24,000 nucleotides of DNA from an uncultured Opitutia bacterium (GTDB taxonomy: Bacteria > Verrucomicrobiota > Verrucomicrobiia > Opitutales > Coraliomargaritaceae), in the NCBI GenBank assembly GCA_937136395.1, contig CAKZOI010000035.1:88225-112224 (forward strand), written 5' to 3'. A program made the translations under genes and the position numbers. Position 1 is the stretch's first letter. The number at the start of each line of letters is the position of its first letter. Below, in pieces: positions 10,989 to 17,773 of the stretch. The notes under the pieces are model-generated. The model saw nothing but the letters and a program-made list of their open reading frames with translations, made no database searches and was not told the origin of the DNA.

Positions 10989-11453
10989 TTAGGCCGTTTT
11001 AACTTTGAAGAGTGGTTGGCCGTATTCGACAGCTTCACCATTTTCGATGAGCACTTCTGTGACGGTGCCACCGATTTCAGCTTGGATCTCATTCATCACC
11101 TTCATGGCTTCGATGATGCATACGATGGAGTCTGCAGTGACTTTATCGCCAACCTTTACGAAGGCAGGGCTTTCTGGCGAACTCGCGCTGTAGAAAGTGC
11201 CAACCATGGGTGATTTTACGATTTCGACGCCTTTTTCCTCTACAGGTGCAGCAGCGGCTGCGGGAGCCGCAGTAGGCGCAGCGGTTGCGGGCGCGGCAAC
11301 AGGTGCGGGAGCTGCTGCTTGGATGATTTGAGGTGCCACGTCGCCGTTCTTGCGAGTGAGGCGGAGCTTGAAGCCTTCCTCCTCTAGTTCAAATTCGGAG
11401 AGCTCCGAACGTTTCATCAAGTCGACTACTTGCTTTATTGCTTTTAGGTCCAA
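10989..11453 (-). CDS. accB: Acetyl-CoA carboxylase biotin carboxyl carrier protein
   Basis: N-terminal [35 protein letters not shown], Ala/Pro-rich linker, and biotinyl motif EAMKVMNEI. Start codon reads TTG (caa at 11451-11453) with AAAGGA upstream. Confidence 0.96.
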   Translation of the reverse strand: MDLKAIKQVVDLMKRSELSEFELEEEGFKLRLTRKNGDVAPQIIQAAAPAPVAAPATAAPTAAPAAAAAPVEEKGVEIVKSPMVGTFYSASSPESPAFVKVGDKVTADSIVCIIEAMKVMNEIQAEIGGTVTEVLIENGEAVEYGQPLFKVKTA

Positions 11454-11758
11454 GGTGTTTCCTTTGTTAGGCGTTAATAAGTGAAGTGAGATCTTGTATT
11501 TCCGATCCAGAGGATCTGTATGCGAAAATAGTTATAGAGGTATCTAAGTGTAGCTTTTCAGAAGGTGCAATGCCTTTGTTGCCTATTTGGTTTCGCTTTG
11601 AACGCGCATTTTTGGTGTTCTCGTCGCGGAACTCGATTTTCTGCCAGTTTTTCTTTCTTGCTCGATTTAGTGATGCGTTACTCAATTATTCCCACGGTCG
11701 CTCTACTGGAAACTGTCTTTCATCTACAAGCTGTCTTCATTCTATGCCGAAGGCCGAA

Positions 11759-12064
11759 ATGCTCATTATGCCTAACTCTGAAGAAGTTGAAACTCTCGTG
11801 ATCGAATCAGTGCGCTTATTAGCCGAAGATTTTGATCTAGCCGCCTTGCAGCAGCCAAACTCGGCATCTGCCCTGTATGGAAATGAAGGAGTGCTCGATA
11901 GTATGGCACTGGTTAATTTGATCGCGGACATTGAGGATGCAGTTTCTGAGAAGTTCGGCGCTTCAATTACACTCGCCAATGAGAAAGCTATGAGCGCGCG
12001 CCAGTCTCCGTTCTTAAATGTAAAAACCCTTAGTCAAGCGGTTTTAGAGAGAATCGGCTCATGA
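11759..12064 (+). CDS. Acyl carrier protein (first ACP of cluster)
   Basis: The track ORF begins at 11486, but its upstream residues are not ACP-like. Likely start is one of ATG 11744/11759/11768. Contains the phosphopantetheine-type motif GVLDSMALVNLIADIEDAVSEKFG. Overlaps the next gene by 4 nt (ATGA). Confidence 0.75.
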   Translation: MLIMPNSEEVETLVIESVRLLAEDFDLAALQQPNSASALYGNEGVLDSMALVNLIADIEDAVSEKFGASITLANEKAMSARQSPFLNVKTLSQAVLERIGS

Positions 12065-12756
12065 AACAGATTGTTATCACAGGCACGCGTAAGGGGATCG
12101 GTCGATCTTTAGCGGAACATTATTTAGCTTTGGGCTGGGGCGTGATTGGTTGCAGTCGTGGCGAGCCCTCAATTGAGCATGCTCAGTATCGCCACTATTC
12201 AGTGGACGTGAGCGATGAGGTGGCGGTCATTGAAATGGCGCGTGATGTTAAGCGACAATTCGGTGAGGTGGATGTTTTGTTAAACAATGCGGGCATCGCT
12301 TCGATGAACCACTGTTTGCTAACTCCTGGTTCGACAGTAAATAGTATATTGCAGACGAACGTTGTCGGCACATTTTTATTTTGCCGCGAGTTTGCAAAGC
12401 TCATGCGCAAGGCCGAGCAACCGCGAATCGTGAACTTTACAACCGTGGCACACCCGTTGAATTTGGAAGGTGAGGCGATTTACGCGGCTAGTAAGGCAGC
12501 AGTAGAGAGCTTGACTCGAATTATGGCGCGTGAATTGGCAGAGCTGGGCATTACCGTAAATGCGGTCGGCCCCACCCCTGTGTTGACAGATCTGATTAAG
12601 GGCGTCTCCTCCGAAAAAATGGATGCCTTGCTAGCGCGGCAAGCGATTCCACGTTATGGAAAGCCAGAAGATGTGATCAATGCTGTCGATTTCTTCATCC
12701 GTCCAGAAAGTGATTTTATTACGGGGCAAGTGCTTTATTTAGGTGGAGTGACGTAA
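12061..12756 (+). CDS. Short-chain dehydrogenase/reductase (FabG-like)
   Basis: TGTRKGIG nucleotide-binding motif, LNNAGIA, YAASK catalytic Tyr/Lys, and VNAVGPTPVLTDL. The usual catalytic Ser position reads Thr (NFTTVAHP). Confidence 0.88.
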   Translation: MKQIVITGTRKGIGRSLAEHYLALGWGVIGCSRGEPSIEHAQYRHYSVDVSDEVAVIEMARDVKRQFGEVDVLLNNAGIASMNHCLLTPGSTVNSILQTNVVGTFLFCREFAKLMRKAEQPRIVNFTTVAHPLNLEGEAIYAASKAAVESLTRIMARELAELGITVNAVGPTPVLTDLIKGVSSEKMDALLARQAIPRYGKPEDVINAVDFFIRPESDFITGQVLYLGGVT

Positions 12757-12759
12757 GTT

Positions 12760-14088
12760 GTGAGCTGGATTGATCGCCAGTTTGCTGAGTTTGAGGATCG
12801 AGTAGCGTGCCATGAGGCCGGACGCCTGTGGACATATTCTGACTTTCTTGCTGAGGTCGATCGCTCTACCGAATTATTGGCTCCAGCAGTAGGCTCAAAG
12901 CCAGTCGTGATTGCAATTCATATGCAGGGCACGCTATTAGCGCTCGCAGCGATGCTTGCCGTGGCACGTCTAAAACAAGTTGCCCTGCCGCTTTCACCTC
13001 AGGCGACTTTAGCTGAACGGCTTGAGCAGCAGGGCATTGCTGGTGCATGCTTTGTGTTGACTGAGCAGGGGCTGGATTCGACGCAACTCAGTAGGGCGTC
13101 ATCAAAATGGTTTGGCGAGCTGGCGAAACGTGAGCATGCAGGCCTCGTCTTGTTTAGTAGCGGCACCAGCGGTGAGCCGAAGGGGATGCTGCATGATTTA
13201 GATGCTTTGCTAGACCGCTATCGCACGGTGCGCCCCCGCGGAGACCGGACTGTGCAGTTGCTATTGGCCGATCATATCGGTGGGCTTGATTCGGCGTTTC
13301 GCACTTTATTTGCGGGTTCGACCTTGGTTGTGCCAGAAGCCCGCACTGCAGTCGCAGTGGGTGAAGCGATTCAGCAGCATCGAGTGAATATACTGCCTGC
13401 ATCGCCGACGTTTTTAAATCTCATGTTGCTCGCGCATGTGCCAGAGAAATTTGATTGTTCGAGCCTCGAGGTCGTTGCATACGGTGCGGAGCCGATGCCG
13501 GAAGGACTGCTCGCTCGATTGATCGAGGCATTTTCCAAGGTTTCACTTCAGCAGAAGTTTGGCACGAGTGAGACGGGTGCCATTCGTATCAAGAGCCAGT
13601 GCACCGGTAGTTTGTTTTTCAAAATCGAGGATTCTGGTGTGGAGTGGCGTATCGAGAATGAGGAGTTGTGGCTGAAGACCAGTTCACGGATATTGGGCTA
13701 CTTAAATGCGGACGAGTCATCCTTGGAGGCCGATGGTTGGTATCGAACTGGCGACCTGGTTGAGGTGGCGGATGGTGGTTACATACGAATCATTGGGCGC
13801 CGTAGTGAACTCATTAATATCGGTGGTCAAAAAGTGCATCCCGCTGAGATTGAGCAGGTGGTCGCCGAGATTGATGGCGTTGATGCGTGCGCTGTCTTTG
13901 GTCAGCCCGCTCCCGTAACGGGGAGTATGGTGGCATGTGTGATTGTGACGACTGTCGATCGAGACCTGCGCTCATGGAAGCGCATGGTGCGGAACCATTG
14001 TCGGGGTAAATTAGCTGATTGGAAAATCCCTGTATCCATTGAATTGCGCGATGAGTTGTCGCTGACTGATCGTTTGAAGCGCGCATAG
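12760..14088 (+). CDS. AMP-binding (ANL superfamily) acyl-CoA/ACP ligase-like enzyme
   Basis: [11 protein letters not shown]-loop, [53 protein letters not shown] start 3 nt after the SDR stop. Confidence 0.9.
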   Translation: MSWIDRQFAEFEDRVACHEAGRLWTYSDFLAEVDRSTELLAPAVGSKPVVIAIHMQGTLLALAAMLAVARLKQVALPLSPQATLAERLEQQGIAGACFVLTEQGLDSTQLSRASSKWFGELAKREHAGLVLFSSGTSGEPKGMLHDLDALLDRYRTVRPRGDRTVQLLLADHIGGLDSAFRTLFAGSTLVVPEARTAVAVGEAIQQHRVNILPASPTFLNLMLLAHVPEKFDCSSLEVVAYGAEPMPEGLLARLIEAFSKVSLQQKFGTSETGAIRIKSQCTGSLFFKIEDSGVEWRIENEELWLKTSSRILGYLNADESSLEADGWYRTGDLVEVADGGYIRIIGRRSELINIGGQKVHPAEIEQVVAEIDGVDACAVFGQPAPVTGSMVACVIVTTVDRDLRSWKRMVRNHCRGKLADWKIPVSIELRDELSLTDRLKRA

Positions 14089-14146
14089 CATTCATCTCCC
14101 TAAAATGGGCTTTCACTTTTGTGTGATCCTATGCATCGTCACTCTT

Positions 14147-15229
14147 ATGGCAAAATCCAGTTTTAACCATGTTCAAATCGGCGGGGTCGTTACCTGTGTG
14201 CCGCCGCTTGAAAAATGTATCGATGATGAATTGGAGTTGTTCGGTGGGAATGCGAAGCAAATCGCCCGTTTAAAGAAAACGATAGGCTTGGATCGCCGCC
14301 GCGTCGTGGAGTCCGGGACGACGGCTGCGGATCTCTCTGAAACCGCTGCAAAGCGCTTGCTTGAGCAGGCTGGGCTCACGCCCGATGCAGTGGATGCGCT
14401 CATTTTTGTGACGCAGACACCCGATTACGCCCAGCCATGTAATGCTGCAGTTCTACATGGGCGTTTAGATTTACCTAAAAGCTGCGCGGCTTTAGACGTC
14501 AACTTAGGCTGTTCTGGTTATGTGTATGGGCTTTGGTTGGCGCACATGATGGTCAGCTCAGGTGGTTGTGAACGTGTCTTGTTGCTTGCGGGCGATACGA
14601 TCAGTCGAATCGTGAATCCCAAAGATCGCGCTGTGGCACCTTTGTTTGGCGATGGCGGTAGTGCGACTTTAGTTCAGCGCAGTGAGTGCGCGAGTGCTGC
14701 GTGGTTCAGTCTCGAAACAGATGGTAAAGGTTTTGATAAGTTGATCGTTCCTGCTGGTGGTCAGCGCGCGCCAAGTTCTACGGAGACTCAAGTTGAAGTC
14801 ACCGATGAGGCGGGTAATATTCGGTGCCAGGAAAACCTCTTTATGGATGGTGCGGAGATCTTTAACTTCTCTATCGTCGAGGAACCGAAAGCGGTGCGCG
14901 AATTAGTCGAGTATGCGGGTCTTGATATGGACGCGGTGGATTATTTTGTCTTTCACCAAGCGAATCGCTATATATTGACCAATATCGCGAAGCGCCTAAA
15001 AATCGATTTAGCAAAAGTTCCGATGCAAACTGTCGAACGCTATGGGAATCAGAGTTCAGCGTCGATCCCATCGGCGATGTGCGGTGAGTTGCATGATACT
15101 TTACGTAGTGCTGATTCAACGCGAGTTTTATTGTCAGGATTTGGCGTTGGGCTCTCTTGGGCGAGCGTTATTTTGGATATTGCCGAACTGCCCGTTTGTG
15201 AAATCATTGAATATTCTAGCTGTAATTAG
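14147..15229 (+). CDS. 3-oxoacyl-ACP synthase III (KAS III) family protein
   Basis: Cys-His-Asn triad contexts: [37 protein letters not shown]. Start taken at ATG 14147 ([13 protein letters not shown]), not track start 14105. Confidence 0.9.
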   Translation: MAKSSFNHVQIGGVVTCVPPLEKCIDDELELFGGNAKQIARLKKTIGLDRRRVVESGTTAADLSETAAKRLLEQAGLTPDAVDALIFVTQTPDYAQPCNAAVLHGRLDLPKSCAALDVNLGCSGYVYGLWLAHMMVSSGGCERVLLLAGDTISRIVNPKDRAVAPLFGDGGSATLVQRSECASAAWFSLETDGKGFDKLIVPAGGQRAPSSTETQVEVTDEAGNIRCQENLFMDGAEIFNFSIVEEPKAVRELVEYAGLDMDAVDYFVFHQANRYILTNIAKRLKIDLAKVPMQTVERYGNQSSASIPSAMCGELHDTLRSADSTRVLLSGFGVGLSWASVILDIAELPVCEIIEYSSCN

Positions 15230-15279
15230 AACCTTGTTAGGCGCGCCGTGAGCAGGTATTAGTCTTTTAAATACACCCC

Positions 15280-15504
15280 ATGAGTTTAGAAAAATTTGTA
15301 GAAGATTTCGAAGAGGCCGTCGAAGATGTCGAGCCTGGGTCATTAACCGCTCTCACAAAGTATCGAGAACTTGAAGCCTGGGATTCGCTAGCAGTTTTGA
15401 CTGTCATCGCAATGGTCGATGCAGAATACGATGTGCGCCTTAAAGCAGAAATGCTGAAAGCTAACGACACCTTAGAAGCGCTGTATGCACAAGTGTGTGG
15501 ATAA
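15280..15504 (+). CDS. Acyl carrier protein (second ACP of cluster)
   Basis: MSLEKFVEDFEEAVEDVEPGSLTALTKYRELEAWDSLAVLTVIAMVDAEYDVRLKAEMLKANDTLEALYAQV: ACP-size, WDSLAVL serine motif. Confidence 0.85.
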   Translation: MSLEKFVEDFEEAVEDVEPGSLTALTKYRELEAWDSLAVLTVIAMVDAEYDVRLKAEMLKANDTLEALYAQVCG

Positions 15505-15510
15505 ATTTAA

Positions 15511-16251
15511 ATGATGACGACTGCAGCCAAATTCGAGAATCAACAGATACTAGTTGTTGGTGCGACTGGTGGGCTCGGGGCAGCGATTGCGCGTCAACTG
15601 CAAGAGGAGGGTGCGCGTTTAATTCTAGCTGGTCGTGATACGGAAAAGTTGTCGGCCTTGGTCAAGGATTTGGAGTGCGACTCAGTTGCCGTGGACTTGG
15701 CAAATGCCGAAGGCCGCTTTCAGTTGGTAGATGCAGTCGATGCGCTAGATGGCCTCGTCTATGCCGCCGGCGTGGCACCTATAGCGCCCGTGCGCTATCT
15801 CAAAGATGCAGATGTAGACAGTTGCTTGAACCTAAATGCTGCCGCGCCCTGGTTACTTGTTCGCGATTTACTGAAAAAGAAAAAGTTAAATTCAGGCGCG
15901 TCGATTGTGTGCTTATCGTCAGTTGCTGCGGGCCGAGGCACTGCTGGGTATTCGGCATATTCCGCTAGCAAAGCTGCACTGGAGGCATTTGTGCGCTGCC
16001 TAGCGCTTGAGATCGCACCGAAAGGAATGCGAGCAAATTGCATCGCACCAGGTATGATTGAGACCGACATGACCGAAGCAGCTGCGGAGCGAATTTCCGA
16101 TGAAGCGCTCGCCGAACATTTAAAAGCTTATCCACTTGGAGTTGGAAAGCCTTCTGATGTGGCTGAGGCGACTTCATTCTTACTATCAGAAGCGTCCCGT
16201 TGGGTGACGGGGATTACCCTGTCAGTAGATGGTGGCTATTCGATCCACTAG
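15511..16251 (+). CDS. Short-chain dehydrogenase/reductase (FabG-like)
   Basis: ILVVGATGGLGAAIARQL, CLSSVAAGRGTAGYSAYSASKAA with intact Ser-Tyr-Lys, NCIAPGMIETDMTE, WVTGITLSVDGGYSIH. Confidence 0.92.
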   Translation: MMTTAAKFENQQILVVGATGGLGAAIARQLQEEGARLILAGRDTEKLSALVKDLECDSVAVDLANAEGRFQLVDAVDALDGLVYAAGVAPIAPVRYLKDADVDSCLNLNAAAPWLLVRDLLKKKKLNSGASIVCLSSVAAGRGTAGYSAYSASKAALEAFVRCLALEIAPKGMRANCIAPGMIETDMTEAAAERISDEALAEHLKAYPLGVGKPSDVAEATSFLLSEASRWVTGITLSVDGGYSIH

Positions 16252-16274
16252 TTGTCTTTAAGTTCTGATCCATT

Positions 16275-16907
16275 ATGAAAAAACTGATTATTGTAGGCGC
16301 AGGAGGATTCGGTCGCGAAGTGTATGCGTGGGCAAAGCAGCATCCAGATTGTGGCCAGGTTTGGGAGCTCGCTGGTTTTCTTGACGATGATTTATCGGTT
16401 CTCGATGGCTATGATTATTCGGTCAATGTGCTTGGGCCTATTGAAGGGTATATGCCCGCGGAAGATGAAGTCTTTGTTTGTGCGATCGGTGCTCCTGAAA
16501 TCAAAAAAAAGGTTTGTGAGTCTCTGCTAGCGAATGCGGCGACTTTTATCAATTTGGTCCATCCATCGGTTATCCTTGGTGAGAATATACGCTTGGGCGT
16601 CGGTGTTGTGCTTTGCCCGCGAGTGACGTTAACTGCGGATATTTCGATCGGCGACTTCGTGGCGATAAATTGTCACAGCAGTGCGGGGCACGATGTCACG
16701 ATCGGTGCTTGGGCGACGATTAGCGGGCACTGTGATTTGACTGGGAATACCAGCTATGGCACGGGCGCGTTTCTAGCGACAGGTGTGCGGATTGCGCCGA
16801 GTAAATCTGTCGGCAAGCTCGCTTATGTGGGTGCTGGTTCTGTCGTGATCCGCTCAGTCAAGGATGGTCAAAAAGTCTTTGGTAACCCCGCTCGCGTGAT
16901 CGCTTAG
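16275..16907 (+). CDS. NeuD/PglD-family sugar O/N-acyltransferase (left-handed beta-helix)
   Basis: MKKLIIVGAGGFGREVYAW, followed by hexapeptide repeats (HPSVILGENIRLGVGVVLCPRVTLTADISIGDFVAINCHSSAGHDVTIGAWATISGHCDLTGN) and GNPARVIA. Confidence 0.88.
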   Translation: MKKLIIVGAGGFGREVYAWAKQHPDCGQVWELAGFLDDDLSVLDGYDYSVNVLGPIEGYMPAEDEVFVCAIGAPEIKKKVCESLLANAATFINLVHPSVILGENIRLGVGVVLCPRVTLTADISIGDFVAINCHSSAGHDVTIGAWATISGHCDLTGNTSYGTGAFLATGVRIAPSKSVGKLAYVGAGSVVIRSVKDGQKVFGNPARVIA

Positions 16908-17602
16908 AGAGCGCTGCTTTGCTCGCTCTCAGAAAGACCGAGCTCAGATAGGCTTGCGAGGATCTCTTCAAAACCTGCGGTTTTTTTGAGTTGTTCGAGG
17001 CTCCGATTGCTTGATAGGCGAATGAAAAATTGCTCTTGGCGCAAGTCGAGTCCGTGCTCCTTGATATCGATGAGTGCACCGAAAATATTGTGACCGCCTT
17101 GCTGCTTGTAGCCAAAGGCGGTGCCACCTACTAAGTGCCAAAAGTAGACATTTTGTGCAGTGCCGTTCTTTTCATACACGCCAAATTCTGCGGGTTGGAA
17201 TTCGGTATCTCCATTTTGAAAGGGCACGCTATATTCGCGGTCGGTGCAGGTCCATCCGTTTTGCACCCAGCAAGTGTCGGGGGTGTGTGCGCCTGCCCAG
17301 CGATAGGATGCTTTGCCTGGGCTCCAGTAGGCGATGTATAGACCAACGAAAGCATCGCCTTTTTCGAAGACGCGAAAGAGCGCATCGTCAAAATTCAGGA
17401 ACTCGCTGATACGGGCGCTGGATTCTGGCGACTCCGCCATATCTAGGTCATTAATTTTCCATCCACTGAGTTCACTTGGGACGATCTCGGCAATTTGTTG
17501 GTGCAAGGTCGCTTCTGGGGGAGGCACAATGGTGAAGTAGCCACGCAGGCCGATGGCGGAAGCGAGCGTGATGAAGCCAACGATAAATAGGATCTTTTTC
17601 AT
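16904..17602 (-). CDS. EpsI-like / exosortase-associated protein
   Basis: Start at ATG 17602 (MKKILFIVGFITLASAIGLRGYF), one N-terminal TM/signal. YWSPGKASYRWAGAHTPDTCWVQNGWTCTD resembles the EpsI 'HxPexC...GW' core. Confidence 0.65.
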   Translation of the reverse strand: MKKILFIVGFITLASAIGLRGYFTIVPPPEATLHQQIAEIVPSELSGWKINDLDMAESPESSARISEFLNFDDALFRVFEKGDAFVGLYIAYWSPGKASYRWAGAHTPDTCWVQNGWTCTDREYSVPFQNGDTEFQPAEFGVYEKNGTAQNVYFWHLVGGTAFGYKQQGGHNIFGALIDIKEHGLDLRQEQFFIRLSSNRSLEQLKKTAGFEEILASLSELGLSESEQSSAL

Positions 17603-17622
17603 AGCAAAGTGGAGAAGCAATA

Positions 17623-17658
17623 TGCCTTGTTTGATGCGGTTCTCAAGTAAACAAGGCA
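17623..17658. repeat. Perfect 10-bp inverted repeat, 16-nt loop, in the 5' region of the EpsI-like gene
   Basis: TGCCTTGTTT (17623-17632) / AAACAAGGCA (17649-17658). Confidence 0.6.
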
Positions 17659-17773
17659 GTATTTAAGTGAGTAGTTGGGGAAAAATACGTACTATTCTAT
17701 TCATGGTAGTGAGATCAACCCGCAATAGTCCTTGCGGCGCGTATTCTAAAAAAGCTATCCTGTAGGACTTTCT

